Shown piece by piece: positions 1 to 13,545 of a stretch of 64,000 nucleotides of DNA. The position numbers and the translations under genes are program-made. The DNA comes from Scyliorhinus canicula (taxonomy: Eukaryota). Every line of letters starts with the position of its first letter. The first letter of the stretch is position 1. Where the stretch lies: NCBI RefSeq assembly GCF_902713615.1, contig NC_052148.1:20131888-20195887 (forward strand), in the 5' to 3' direction. The notes below the pieces were generated by a model. The model ran no database searches. It was not told the DNA's origin and worked only from the letters and a program-made list of their open reading frames with translations.

Positions 1-689
1 TGTCACTTGTAGCTTCACTGGAACAGCTTGACTCGGGGCACAGTGAGTTCCGAAGTACTATTGCTGGAATGTTGTCAGCGCCTGTAGCCTTTGCAGTATC
101 CAGTGTCTTCAACCTTGGGTGACTTGAATTGGCTGCAAACTGGCACCTGTGAGCTTGACACCTCTGGAGGATCAAGGACCCGGCACTTACTGTGCACAGG
201 GTGGTTGCTATGTTTCCTATGTTACAAAAGTGACTGCACAGGGTTGCAATAAAAGCAATCGCCCTGGCTTGCAGTTAGGTGTAAGACTTCTTTTTTTTTT
301 CCATTTTTTGATTTTCTTCATTCCCCCACCTCCCAAACTCCAATTTGGGTTCATGGGAGTGATGCCTGATTCACCCAAATAATAACCAGTGAGGGCGTGA
401 TCCAGATTGTGGCGGGCGCTACGTGTCGGGTGACTCACACGCAGTTTTGTGTCTGGCGCGAAGCTCGATTTGAACCTCCCTCAAGATGCACCCTGCACAA
501 TGAAATTGGCGCCAGCCTCAACGGGATTGCAATATCACACCCAAAGCACCCCAAGCTCCTTACTCCCAAATTCAGTTCAATGACTGGTTATCTCTGTCGT
601 AGGAAGTATGTGGAAAAGTGACACCTTCTTCAAAAAACTCCTTTCCTTTCATTCCCAAATAAAGGCATTCACTAAAGCCCTGAGATTTG

Positions 690-1270
690 AACATAAGAAC
701 TTAAGAACAGGAGCAGCAGTAGGTGATTCAGCACTTTGAGCTTGATCTACCATTCAATATCATGGCTGATATGGATTGCAGTCTTGACTTCACTTTCCTG
801 CTGCTCCCTTGACCCGACCCCATAACCCTTGACTCCCTCGTTGATCAAAAATCTATCTCACTCAGCATTGAATATATTTAATGATCCAACCTCCACTGCT
901 ATCAACATAGTTCCAAAGATTATTGATTCTCGTAAAGAAGAAATTATTTCTCGTCTTGGTTTTAAATAGGAGACCCCTTATTCTGAAACTGTTCCCGTTA
1001 GTTTCCGACTCTCCCCGCAAGTGGAAACAACTTCTTCAGCAGCTACACCATCAAACCCCCTCAGAGTTAGTGAGATCACCTAGTCTGCTTAAGCTTCCAC
1101 CATGAGACAATCCCTTCATCCCCTAGAAATCAACCTAGTGAACCTTATCTGAATTGCTTCCAATACAGGTGCATCTCACCTTAAATAAAAAGACTGAACT
1201 GGATGCAGTACTCTGGGTACAATCTCACCAATGCCTTGTACTGGGGGAGCAAGTCTTCCCTATTTTTATG
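690..1270 (-). mobile_element. Decayed CR1 3' fragment
   Basis: YKALVRLYPEYCIQFS peptide. Tail (aacataagaac) at ~690. Confidence 0.75.
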
Positions 1271-1404
1271 CCCCATCCCCTGCTTTGAATGCCAACAAAG
1301 ACTTGATCCACATTCAGTGCCTTTGAGCGGAGCAAAGCTATCAGGAAAAACCAGCTGAAAAGAAATTACAAACCAACTCAAATATCATCGCCGCGTATTT
1401 TCAC

Positions 1405-1508
1405 CTTATACAAGACGAGGTCGTGCTCTCCATCTCGCAGGGTTGTTCCATCAGGTTTCATTAGCTTCACATACGCCATTGCAAATATTTTCTCTCCTTT
1501 ATCTCTCG
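1405..1508 (-). CDS. DOCK2: DOCK-A exon (approx. exon 17): (S)[34 protein letters not shown]
   Basis: 104 bp, ttgcag acceptor, gtgaaa donor. VKLMxxDGTTLxDGxHDL DHR-1 motif. Confidence 0.95.
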
Positions 1509-2999
1509 CTGCAATACACAAGGAACGTTAAAGGATTTTTCGTCTGGCAAAATGATAAGTGTTTCGACATTTTCTAGCTTTCCTGACCTGTCTTGGCTAA
1601 TGGTTCCAAACCTTTTCCTCTGAAGGGTTTCAGCATTTTACCCTCTTCAACATACATTTGCCTCCCTGGCATTTTCAGCAGGGATGGTGGCATGGTAGTA
1701 ATGTCGCCGGACTGGTAATTTAGAGGGTCAGCTTCATGCCCTGAGGTGTTGATTCAAATCTCATTATGGTAGCTGATGGATTATAAATTAAATTAATAAA
1801 TTTGGGATGGGAAGCCAGTGTAGTAATGGTGATCAGGACAAGTATCAGTGATTGTCCATGAATCCCATCTGCTCCACTCATGCCATTTAGACAAGGAAAT
1901 CTGATGCCCTGACCAGGTCTAGCCTGCAAGTGACTCCAGAACCTCAGTTGGCTCTCAGCTGCTCTCTGAAATGGTCGAGGAAACTCATGGAAAATTAGGG
2001 ATGGGCACCAATACTGGCCTTGCTAGTGTGCCAAAAACTACCCATTTCATGTCTCTTTATTTGTTCCATATGTAGGAATTTTCAAAATTTCCATAGCATG
2101 GACCAGCTGCACATACTGGCAGACTTACATGCTCCTGTATCCTGGTCATTATTCGTCCTTCAAGTAACATCACTAAAACAGCTGATTTGTTCCTTTATTC
2201 CGCCCGCCCCGCCCCCCCCCCCCCCCCCCCCCCCCACCACCCCCGGCCCTTATGTTTGTGGGATCTCATTCTGTGTAAATTGGCTGCTACTTTTGCTGTG
2301 TCACAAAAGAGCGACCACCTATCAAATGTAGTAAGTGCTGCCAAGTGCTTTGGGATCTTCTAAAGCCATGAAAGGTGCTATTCAACATACAAAACGGCGG
2401 GACACCATTACAATTCCTTACGACATAGGCAGGGTGGGTGGGTGGGGGGGGGGGGATGGAGGGGGTGCAGGGGGAGGTGGGGGGAGTGCAGTGGTGGGGA
2501 TATTGTGGGCCACCCCTCTTTCTGCCCAATGGCACGAGGAAAAGGCCTATTTTTGATACTAAGATACACTGTCAAGGAGGATCTGTTCTCGGTCAACAAT
2601 GCTGAAAGAGCCAGTCTGATCGAGGAGATGTAAATCTACCAGAGACACCAGTTTACCTTGGCCAAAACCATCCTGCGAGGTAGTACAATGACCTCTGGAG
2701 GCATGAATTTCTCCTAATTTATTTGATGGCCCAGTCTTTGAAAGCTGGAATATAACTGAGATATCCTTGCCAGCATCACCAAGAACTAGAAACATGCAGT
2801 GATTTGTTTTATTCATTCATGGGATGTGAGCGTCACTGGTTGGGCCAGCATTTGGTGCCATTCCATAATTACCCTTGAACCGTGTGGCTTGCTCGGCCAT
2901 TCCAGAGGGCTCATAAGACTTCTTCTACAAATTCGAACACGTTCTGGGTTTTAAGGAAAATCAACTATCACCTGTCAAAGAGGTGTTTAATGTACTTAC

Positions 3000-3072
3000 A
3001 TTCGGCAGATGATCTGTGTTTGAATGTGAAGCGCAGGTGGGTCCTCTGAACATCTTCAATGGCAATTGCAAC
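3000..3072 (-). CDS. DOCK2: DOCK-A exon (approx. exon 16): VAIAIEDVQRTHLRFTFKHRSSAE(S)
   Basis: 73 bp, cccag acceptor, gtaagt donor. HLRFxFxHRSS DHR-1 motif. Confidence 0.95.
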
Positions 3073-3386
3073 CTGGGAACAGTAACAAAAACTCAGCAGG
3101 TCAAAGTGGAACTACTGGTTCAGAGTTTGCTGAGGGGGCAGGCAGGAGTTTTAGATTGGAACTTTTTGAACCTGCAGAGACTTGCAGGTTCAAAAGGCCT
3201 TGCAGGCCTGGATGAATCTACAATGAAAACCATTCCAGACTGGAAGTAAAAATCTCCAACTGAAGGCCCAGACTTAAGAAAGGTGCACTGAAATGAAAAT
3301 TGCGTATTGTCACAAGTAGGCTTCAAATGAAGTTACTGTGAAAAGCCTCTAGTCACCACATTCCGGCGCCTGTTCGGGGAGGCTGG

Positions 3387-3771
3387 TGAAGTGTTGGCGA
3401 ATGTAGACTTGAGAAATGAACAGACACTTCCAACACTGATGAAGGTTCAACTCAATTTTATTAACTAACTTCTAACTAACTAACACACAATGACTGTGGG
3501 TCTAAATGATGCTAACTTTAACTAGAAACCTAAGCCTTGTCCAAACCAGTTGAATCTCTCAGCACGTGGTGTGAGTCTGTGCTGGGCTGGATGAGTTCTT
3601 GTTACACTGAGAGGCAGCACCCAGAATGAGCGGGAACCGTGGTGCCCTCTGCCTTTATAGTGTGTGTATTCTAACTGGTGATTGGCTGCGGTGTTTGTAC
3701 ATGTTGATTGGTCCCTGTGTGTGTCCATTATTGTGTGTCTGCACCATGATATACTGGTGTATATTATGACA
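3387..3771 (-). mobile_element. Solo LTR inserted into a SINE
   Basis: TG...CA ends, exact 5-bp TSD GCTGG (3382-3386, 3772-3776), TATA-like and AATAAA motifs on the minus strand. Confidence 0.85.
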
Positions 3772-4170
3772 GCTGGTACGGGAATTGAACCGTGCTGCTG
3801 GCCTGCCTGGGTCTGCTTTCAAAGCCAGCGATTTAGCCCAATGTGCTAAACCAGCCCCTGGAAGATGTCCATCTGAAACAGAAACTTTTATTCTTTTTAT
3901 TTTTCTTCACACTCCTCTTTCCCCTCTGTGTTTGTGTGTCTTGTGTGTGTAGAGGGTCGGACAGTTAAAGAGGAAGGTTAGGAACTAGATAATAGTTAAC
4001 CAGCTCTATTTGCTGTTTATTTACTCATAGTTTTTGTCATTAATAAAAATTAATTGTGCTTAAATTTACAAATCTGGTGACTGTAGTTATTGGGCAGGCC
4101 AAATACCAGAGGGTTTGGCTATTTTCTAAAATTTAATCTGTTAATTTCAATTGTGTTGCAACTCCAGTTG

Positions 4171-4510
4171 GGCCTCACGGTAGCATGGTGGTTAGCATCA
4201 ATGCTTCACAGCTCCAGGGTCCCAGGTTCGATTCCCGGCTGGGTCACTGTCTGTGTGGAGTCTGCACGTCCTCCCCGTGTGTGCGTGGGTTTCCTCCGGG
4301 TGCTCCGGTTTCCTCCCACAGTCCAAAGATGTGCGGGTTAGGTGGATTGGCCATGCTAAATTGCCCGTAGTGTAAGGTTAATGGGGGGATTGTTGGGTTA
4401 CGGGTATACGAGTTACGTGGGTTTAAGTGGGGTGATCATTGTTCGGCACAACATCGAGGGCCGAAGGGCCTGTTCTGTGCTGTACTGTTCTATGTTCTAT
4501 GTTCTATGTT
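4171..4510 (+). mobile_element. HE1/V-domain tRNA-derived SINE with CR1-type (TTCTATG)n tail
   Basis: Pol III A/B-box-like head (TGGTTAGC..GGTTCGATTCCC) and V-domain GGGTTTCCTCCGGGTGCTCCGGTTTCCTCCCACA. Near-identical copies at 8875, 44130, 46023 and 52112. Confidence 0.9.
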
Positions 4511-6293
4511 CCAGGTCAAGTGGGGCTGGAATTGACTGTGCACATTACTTTTAAGTTGGGTTCTTATAGCCTGAAGTTTGTGAAAGGAAGAGAAAACCAG
4601 ACCTCAAATTCATGTATGAATATTCGTATGCAATTACTTAATGTATCTGAATGTAATTCTTTATTCCCTATGTAATAACAGTCTTAACCACATCAAAATA
4701 AATGTATAAGAATCTCTATACAGAAATAATGGAGCAGAAGTAGACAAGTCAGCTCATTAATCCTGTTTCGCCATTCAATTCGAAGGTGGCTAATCTGTAT
4801 TGCAGCTTCACTTAGCTGCCTTTCGTTCTAAATCCCTCGATATCCTTACCCAACAAGAATCTCTAATTCCTAAAAAATTCAATTGAGCCAGTATGCACAG
4901 CCTTGGAGAGCTATTCGAGCCCAAGGTGAGAGTCTGATTGCATTGCCTGTGGTGCCATAAAACATCATCCATTCCTTTCTTGTTACCAAATGATTCATTC
5001 CAAAGCAATTCTGGCTGGTCTCCTATCTTGCAGCTTCCATAAACTTGAACACGTCCAAAACTCTGTAGCCTGTAACCTAACTGGCACCCAGCCCTGTCCG
5101 TCCATCACCACTGTGTGCGCTGACTGATTGACACCAGATCCAGAAACACCATTAAATTCTAACTGAGAATTTCAGATCTTTTCACGGCCTCATCCCTTTC
5201 TCCACGTCGCCCTCCAGTCCTCAAAACCCTCTGAGATGTCGGCACCCCTCCAATTCTGGACACGTGGTGCATTCCTGATTTTAAACATCGCACTGTTGCC
5301 TGGACACAAAGCTGTGTAATTCCCACTTTAATCCTCTCCACCTCCCCATCTTTCCCCCCCTCCTTCACACTCCCCTTAAAGTGGCCTCTTTGACCAAGCT
5401 TTTGCTCATATCAAATAAAATAAAGACTTGCATTCATATAACACCTTTCATAATCGTCAGATGCCCCAAAATGCTTTCCAGCCAGTGAAACAAGTTTGAA
5501 ATGTAGTCACTGTTGTAATGGGGGGGAAAGCAGTTGCCTGGAAAATTAGAAAATCAATGTGAACGGAGAAGGTAGGAGTACAGGTTAGTGATGAAGTGGA
5601 TTGTGACCAGAAAATAAAAGGAAGGGATGGAACATGTGAACGTCATATTGCATCAAGGAATCAGACAAGAGTAGGGAAGTTTGATAATAGGACAAAAATG
5701 CACAAAGCATTTGGAACAAAATTAATGAGTTAACAGCGCAAATAGAGCCTGCTCTGCCATACATTATGATCATGGCTGATCCTCAAGTTCAGTATCGTCT
5801 TCCCCCCATATCCCTTGATCCCTTTAGCCCCAAGAGCTATGATTTGGTAGCACTGACCGAGACATGGTTGCAAGGAGACCAAGTCTGGGATTTGACTATT
5901 CAAGGGTACTCAGTTTTTTGGAAGGATAGATAGAAAGAAAAATGAGATAATGTAGCTTTGCTAGTAAAGGAAGGGAATCAGTGCTGCAATGAGAAATGAT
6001 ATAGGCACTGGAGATCAAGACATGGAAACAGTCTGGGTAGAAATAAAAAATAGCAAAGGAAATAAATCCTGGCGGGAGTAATCTATAGGTGCCCAAAGAG
6101 TAGTTCTGAAGTGAGGCAAAGTATAAACCAGAAAATATTGGAGGCTTGTAGGAAAAGTACATCAACAATTATCGGTGATTTTAATATGCATAGAGTGGAT
6201 TAATCAAATTAGCAAAGTTATCCTTGAGGGAGAGTTAAATGAATATATAAGAGATTATTTCATGGGATATGTTGTGGAAATAAACAGGGAGCA

Positions 6294-6475
6294 GGGGCTG
6301 GTTTAGCACACTGGGCTAAATCGCTGGCTTTTAAAGCAGACCAAGGCAGGCCAGCAGCATGGTTCAATTCCCGTACCAGCCTCCCCGAACATGCGCCGGA
6401 ATGTGGCGACTAGGGCTTTTCACAGTAACTTCACTGAAGCCTATTTGTGACAATAAGCGATTTTCATTTCATTTC
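6294..6475 (+). mobile_element. Short tRNA-like SINE without V-domain (GGGGCTGGTTTAGCAC...TTTCATTTCATTTC)
   Basis: Other copies at ~3290-3858(-, split by the LTR), ~32465-32573(-) and ~58440-58600(-). Confidence 0.8.
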
Positions 6476-8012
6476 TGGATTTAGTATTGTCTAATGAGGA
6501 GGCAATTTTTCTAAAAATCCACACATCTAAAATGTAGTCCAGAGAGGAAGAAACAGTGTAAGAGAGGGATAATCATCCATGGCTAAGCATGGAAGTTAAA
6601 GATAACATAGAATCCCAACAGTGCAGGAAGATGCCATTCAGCTATCTCTAAGAGCACCTGACCTAGGATCAGGCCCTCACTCTATCTGCATTACTCAGTA
6701 ACCCCACCTAACCTTTTGGACACGACGGAGCAATTTAGCACGGCCAATCCACCTAACAGGCACATCTTTGGACTGTGGGAGAAAACCAGAACACCAGGAG
6801 GAAACCGACGCAGACACAGGGAGAAATGCAAACTCCACACGGACAGTCACCCAAGGCTGGAATTGAACCCGGATCCCTGGCTCTGTGAGGCAGCAGTGCT
6901 AACAATTGCTGCATTAAGTTTTTTTCCTCAATTAGATCTCCCGTCATTCTTCTAAACTTGAGGGAGTTTAAACGAGGAGTCTAAACTGCTACATTGATAC
7001 ATTGGTTATAATATTCCCAAATTCCTTGGATGGGGGAGAGGTACCAGTAGACTGGAAAATGCTAATGTAACACCCTTATTCAAAAAGGGAGGGAGGCAGA
7101 AAATAGAAAACCATAGACCAGTTAATTTAATGTCTGTCATTGGAAAATTGTTAGAATCCATTATTAAGTAAGTAATAACAGGACATTTGAAAAGTCAAAA
7201 CGCAATCCATCAGAAGCAACATGATTTTATGAAGGGTAAATCGTGTTTGACTAATTTTCTAGAGTTCTTCGAAGATGTAGCAAACCAAATGGATAATGAT
7301 GATTCTGTAGATGTAGTATATCTGGACTTGCAGAAGGCATTTGATAAGGAGCTGCAGAAAAGGTGAATACACGAGGGATTTGGGGTAATTTATTAGCCTG
7401 GATAGTAGACTGCCTAACTGACAGAAGGCAGACTCGGGATAAATAGATCTTTTTCCAGTTGGTAAGATGTAACTAATGAGGTGCCAAGGGTTCGGTCCAT
7501 AGGCCCCAACTATTTACAATATGTATTACTGACTTGGATGTCGGAATAGAAAGTACTATCGTCAAATTTGCAGATTAGTCTAAAATAGGTGGGATAGTAA
7601 GTTGCAATGAGGAAATATGAAATTTACAAATGGATATAAATAAGTTAGGTGAGTGGGCCAAAATCTTGCAGATGGTGTTTAAGTGTTAGATTGTACATCT
7701 TGGTTGAAAAAATGGAAAGGCAACTTATTTTTTAAATGGAAAGAAACATTCAGAGTGCTTTGGTACAGAGGGACTGGGGTGTCCTCATGCTTGAATAGTA
7801 GAAAACTAGCATGCAGGTACAGCAGGTAATAAGGAAGGCAAATAGAATTTTGGCCTTTATCGCTAATAGAGTATAAAAGTAGGGACGTGTTGTTGCAACT
7901 ACACAAGGCACTGATGAGACTGCAATTAGAGTATTGTACACCCCTTATTTGAGGAGCGTTGTAGTTGTATTGGAGGCAGTTCAGAGGAGGTTCACTAGGT
8001 TGATTCCAGAGA

Positions 8013-8641
8013 TCCTGGTCGGGCCGGGCCGGGCCGGAGAATCGTCGGAGAACGACATGAATCCCGCCCCTCACCGACTGCCGAATTCTCCGCTGCCAGT
8101 GTTTTACCGAGGGTGAGGATCGCACCATGCCGGTCGGCCGTTTTAGGCCAGTCCGCCGGCGTAAATTAGACCTGGTACTTACTGGCAGGACCTGGCTCTG
8201 CGGGCAGCCTCCGGGGACCTCCGGGGGGGTGGGGGGTGGGGGGGCCCACAGTGGCCTGGCCCGCGATCGGGGCCCAACCATCCGCTGTAGGCCTGTGCAG
8301 TGAGGGCACTCTTTCCCTCCGCACCGACTACTGTGGACCTCCGCCATAGCCGGTGCGGAGACGAACCCCACCTGTGCATGCGCTGGGATGACGCCAGCAC
8401 ACGCTGGCGCTCCTGCACATGCGCCAACTCGCACCGGCCGGCGGAGGCCCTTCGGTGTCTGTTGGCGTGGCACCAAGCCCTTTCCGCGCCGCTTGGCACG
8501 GCTCCAACCTCGCCGGCGCCAGCCTAGTCCCTGAAGGTGCAGAGGATTCCACACCATCCTGGCGGACTGACGCCGGAGTGGTTTACGCCACTCCTCGGTG
8601 TCGGGACTACCCGCCCCGCCGGGTAGGGGAGAATCCTGCCC
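8013..8641. mobile_element. Partly truncated GC-rich MITE, related to 12162-12875 (inverted)
   Basis: Right end GGAGAATCCTGCCC. Internal similarity to the 12.2-kb copy. Splits CR1 sequence ttccagagat|gagtggtttgtcttatgaagag. Confidence 0.7.
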
Positions 8642-8874
8642 GAGTGGTTTGTCTTATGAAGAGAGATTGAGCAGTTCAAGCCTATACTCCCTCGGGTTCA
8701 GAAGAATGAGGGGGTTATGTAATTGAGGTATACAAGATGATGAAATGTATTGACAAAGAAGATGTGGAGCGGATGTTGCCCCTTCTGGGGCAATCTGGAA
8801 CAAGAGGTCATAATTTTAGGGTAAGGGGTCGCAGATTTAAATCACAAGGCACTGATGAGACTGCAATTAGAGTA

Positions 8875-9210
8875 GGGGGAGCACGGTAGCATGGTGGTTA
8901 GCATAAATGCTTCACAGCTGCAGGGTCCCAGGTTCGATTCCCGGCTGGGTCACTGTCTGTGTGGAGTCTGCACGTCCTCCCCGTGTGTGTGTGGGTTTCC
9001 TCCGGGTGCTCCGGTTTCCTCCCACAGTCCAAAGATGTGCGGGTTAGGTGGATTGGCCATGCTAAATTGCCCGTAGTGTCCTAATAGTAAGGTTAAGGGA
9101 GGGGAGTTGTTGGGTTACGGGTATAGGGTGGATACGTGGGTTTGAGTAGGGTGATCATTCCTCGGCACAACATCGAGGGCCGAAGGGCCTGTACTGTTCT
9201 ATGTTCTATG
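8875..9210 (+). mobile_element. HE1/V-SINE
   Basis: Near-identical to 4171-4510. Confidence 0.9.
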
Positions 9211-12161
9211 TAGAGATGAGGAGAAATTACTTCTGTCAAAGGCTCGAGAATCTGTGGAATTCACTACCCCAGAGTGTGATCGATGCTGGGACATTGAGTA
9301 AATTTAAGGAGGAGATAGATTTTTAATCAGTAATGGATTGAAGGGTTATGAAGAACAGACAAGAAAGTGGAGTTGATGCCGAGAGGAGATCAGTCATGAT
9401 CATATTGAATAACGGAATGGGCTTGAGGGGCTCCTGGTCCTAGTTCTTCTGTTCTTATGTGATGTAAAAAATACAATAGCCGATTTTTGGAAAGCAAGCT
9501 CCCACCAACAGAAATACAAGGACCAGATAAACCTATTCCTGCCATGTTGATTGTGGAATAAATATTGGGCAGAACTGCTCCTGGGCATAAAAGAGAGAGA
9601 AGACAGGACCTCAATTTAATATCTCAGCAGGAAGACAGCAAGATAGTACCTCTGACACTACAGCACTCCCTCAGCACTGCACTGGGGTTTCAGTCTGCAT
9701 TTTAAATCTGGGGTAGGACTTGAGCCAGCATCCTGGGCTAATAACTCCTTATTTTGTCTTGATGTTGAATGTTGTTTGATAATTCTCCTTTTTGGAGTGC
9801 CTTGCGATGATTTACTGTTTTAAAGGAAATGCAGCAAGATGGCGGCGGAGCGAGGCGACTTTCTGCGAGCTCTTCTTATACTCATTCTAATCTTTTACCT
9901 TTTGTTGCCCTATTATGTATTTTCTTTTATTTCCTTTTCTTTTCATGTACTTAATGATCTGTTTGAGTAGCTCGCAGAAAAATACTTTTCACTGTACCTC
10001 GGTACACGTGACAATAAACAAATCCAAAGGCACCATACGGTGTAAGCTGTTATTGTTCCAGGAGTAGCGTACCAAGGGGAATACACATGTGAATCTAAGT
10101 ATCCTCCTCCTATGACATGAATAATTCAGAGATAGATCATCCTGCCATATGTATCCAGGGAATGGTCAAGCATTAGGAACAAGGAAGAAAGTCTCTGGCT
10201 TCGTAACCTCACAATGTTCCTGTAGATTTCTTGAAGTGAGAGGAAACGCTGTACGTGTGAAATTGGATTGGCTGGCAGAAGCAGATTGAAACAGGGTATA
10301 GAAATTGGAAAGTTAACATGCAGGAAGAGTAGGCAATTAGGAAGGCAAATGGTATGCTGGCCTTTATTGCAAGGTCGGATGAGATGAGGAGGGTCTTCCG
10401 GAGGTGGAGGGGGTCATTAGTCTTTCAAATCATCTACCCCAGAGAGCTGTGGATGTTCAATCCTGAAGAACGCTCCAGGCTGTGATCAATAGATTTTTTG
10501 ATTCGATGGGAATGAAGGTAAATGGGAATCAGATGGAAAAGCGTTCAGGTCAAAGGTCAACCATGATCTTATTGAACTGCAGGACAGGTTCGAAGAGATG
10601 TCTGACCTACTGCTCCTATTTCTTATTTTAATTTGTCCGGTTTAAGATCAGAGGATGTGAGAAAGATAGCAATTGGTTTCCTCTAACCTGACCAGCAGTA
10701 CAGAGACCAGAGTCAGAGGCTCTCTAGTGTTTCTCAATAGCGGAGCACACCCGGCCGATCCGGTGGTCAACAAGGCCTCTCAGGCCTATAGCAAGAATTG
10801 GATTTCCATCCCCATTACCAGGTGCAGACCTGTCGGTGAGAAATTATGGGTCCATGTGAACAACCTGGCCTCAGAGATTCAGCACGGGCCTGGAGTGATC
10901 AGGTGGACCGGACTTACACTCCATCCGGTATGAGCCCAGACCTGGGGGAAGGAGGGAGAAGCGAGTTGACCAGGTATGGGCTTTCAGATACCAGAAAGAA
11001 AACGAGTTAAAGTAGCAGACAGCCTGATTTCAGCCCACTGAGTCTGCAACAAGCTTTGCAGCTGCATAATGTCTCGTACGTGACTCAGCTAGGAACCTGC
11101 TTCTCAACTCAATAAAGCCGAGTGTTTTTCAACAGCTTGTGAGTCAGGGCAGATGAAGTTAATTTTGCCTCAGTTGGATAGGTTTAAATCTGTTGTTTTT
11201 ATTGTGACGAAATCAGCTTCTTCTCTGAGGGGGGGTGGGAGAGCAAATAAATAGAAAAAATAGACGTGCTTACACAGTGGTGCTGTATCAACAATCAAAT
11301 CAATTGTACCTCAGAGCCAGTAAGAGAATAACGTGTATCTCAGTCATGCCTATTCACAGTCAGAAGGCTGTAGGTTCAAGCCCCAGTCCAGAGAATACCA
11401 AATTTAACTTGATGCTCCAGTAAATTCAAGTCGCCATAGTCCGAGATGACAACAGGCTGCTTTCCCCTTTGAGGGGGAGAGCTGACTGGTGGCGATTTAA
11501 CCGGAGGGTCACCACACCAAAGGAATGTCCCAGAAAGAGAAAAACCTTCTCACTAGTCTTCTCATTTCACCAGTTTATTGGTGTTCCATTTTAAAGTATG
11601 CAAAACCAGTTCAGGCCAGTATTTCCCCATTTTACTATTTTTGTTTTCCTCCTGGGTCAGCAATAAGTCTTGAGGGACTGGACTGGATGAAGAGGAGATG
11701 AGGAGGTTACTACAAGATCCTTACTAACCGGAGCCATTACTACTTTTTTCTCAAGATCCTCTGCCAAATTTCTCATGGCTCACTGGCTGCCAAAGGTTGG
11801 GAAACACCAGGTTCTACCTTCCCACCATGCAAAGGAGCCAAGGGCAGAGACGGGGGGGAGAAAGGGTAAAAGTTGGACCTTGAACATCAAAACAGAAGAA
11901 AAAAAAGAATAGGAATAGGCCGTTTGGCTCCTTGAGCCTGCTCCATCTTTCAAAAAGGTCATGGCTGATCTGATTGCGACCTTAACGCTATTTTCCTGCA
12001 TTGCCCGTCATAACCCTTGACCCCCCCATGTCGATCAACAATCTTTGATACATTCAATGACCCAGCCTCCACTGCTCTCCGGAGAAAAAGAGTTTCAAAA
12101 TTTAATGACCCTCTGGAAGAAGAGGTTTCTCCTCGCCTACGTTTTAAATGGGAGACACCAT

Positions 12162-12875
12162 GGGCGGGATTTTTCCCTACCCGGCGGGGCGGGGGTCCCG
12201 GCGTGATGGTGGCATGAACCACTCCGACGTTGGGCCGCCCCAAAGGTGCGGACGTCTCCGCACATTTAGGGGCCAAGCCCTAACATTGAGGGGCTAGGCC
12301 CGTGCCGGAGTGGTTGCGGCCGGCGGGAACGGCCTTTGGCGCCACACCAGCCGGGGCCGAAGAGACTTAGCCGGCCGGCAGAAGTCCGCGCATGCGCTGG
12401 AGCATCAGCGGCTGCTGATGTCATCCCCACGCATGCGCAGGGGAGGGGGTCACCTCCGCCTCCGCCATCGTGAAGACTATGGCGAAGGCGGAAGGAAAAG
12501 AGTGCCCCCAGGGCACAGGCCCGCCCGCCGATCGGTGGGCCCCGATCGTGGGCCAGGCCACCATGGGGGCACCCCCCCAGGGCCAGATCCCACCGCGCCT
12601 CCCCCAGGACCCCGGAGCCCGCCCGCGCCGCCTGGTCCCGCCGGTAAGCTAGGTGTTTTGATCCACGCCGGCGGGAGAGGCCTGTCAGCGGCGGGACTTC
12701 GGCCCAGCGCGGGCCGGAGAATCGCCGGGGGTGGGGGGGGCCCACCGACAGGCGCAGCGCAATTCCCGCCCCCACCGAATCTCTGGTGCCGAAGACTTTG
12801 GGACACGGCGGGGGCGGGATTGACGCCAGCCCCCGGCGATTCTCCGACCCGGCGGCGGGTCGGAGAATCCCGCCC
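12162..12875. mobile_element. GC-rich Harbinger-type MITE
   Basis: TIR GGGCGGGATT...AATCCCGCCC. 3-bp flanks CAT/CTT. Terminal hairpin GATTCTCCGACCCG..CGGGTCGGAGAATC. Inserted in a CR1 relic. Confidence 0.8.
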
Positions 12876-13545
12876 CTTGTCTGAAATGGTTTCCCCTCAT
12901 TTGGGATTGCCACAGAAGGGGAAACATCCTTTTAGCTTCTACCCTGATAAGCCCCCTTCAGGGTCTTATATGTTTCACTGAGATCAGTTCTCATTCTTCC
13001 AAACTCAAATGTGCACATCCCCAACCTACTCAACCTTCCCTCGATAGCAATGGAAGACACATAATGCGCATTTTCCTTCATTCATCGGCAACATCTTGCC
13101 TTAGAAAAAACATTCTTAACGGATGGTTGAGGCGGCTCATGGAGGTCAAGACAACCAGGGGAACTTTGAGTCTCACCTCAGTTCTGAGGTGCAGTTGGCC
13201 TAAAATTATAATTGAAGGGTGAAACGAATAATTTATTGTGGATAATTTAATTAGTTGAGAGGAAATGGTGTTGTTTATCGTGGAGGTCAACATCTTTAGG
13301 CAATGACATGCATCAAGGAATTTCCAGCATGACTATACAGGTTGGAAGCTGACATGCACGGAAATGAAAAGCAGGAGGAATATATCTCGTTGCCTGTTAT
13401 ATGACGTGCCCAGCAATCATGTGACGTGTGCAATGGAAATCGATGCAATACTGCCTGTTCTGTGCCCTGCCTCCCATCCGCCAAGTTACAGCAAGTTAAT
13501 GAAGCCAGACAGGTTGTTGATGTGATAACATGGTTCTATTTAGCC

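Larger units (their letters stand above)
5840..9460 (+). mobile_element. Decayed CR1 LINE (endonuclease to 3' end), interrupted by SINEs and a MITE
   Basis: DLVALTETW endonuclease motif at 5841, VYLDLQKAFDK RT motif, VQRRFTRLIP and a CR1 3' tail. Many stops and frameshifts. Confidence 0.85.

Noticed and set aside
2199-2248. Long poly-C/poly-G tracts (also ~19904-19960, 37716-37745, 41303-41328) as functional G-quadruplexes
   Set aside because: They are frequent homopolymer expansions, mostly within repeats, and nothing in the sequence supports a specific function.
4185-4370. Recurrent 61-aa ORF MVVSINASQLQGPRFDSRLGHCLCG... as a small-protein family or tRNA genes
   Set aside because: It is a translation of SINE copies. 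The heads are tRNA-derived but do not form full tRNA cloverleaves.
7911-7935. CTGATGAG as a hammerhead core (also near 8852)
   Set aside because: No stem II or GAAA follows; it is mutated CR1 coding sequence (ALVRPHLEY region).
7679-8557. 292-aa ORF, and similar ORFs at 12266-12981, 22511-23203 and 41209-41692
   Set aside because: These are stop-poor frames in GC-rich MITEs, with low-complexity P/G/R/A composition and no recognisable domain.
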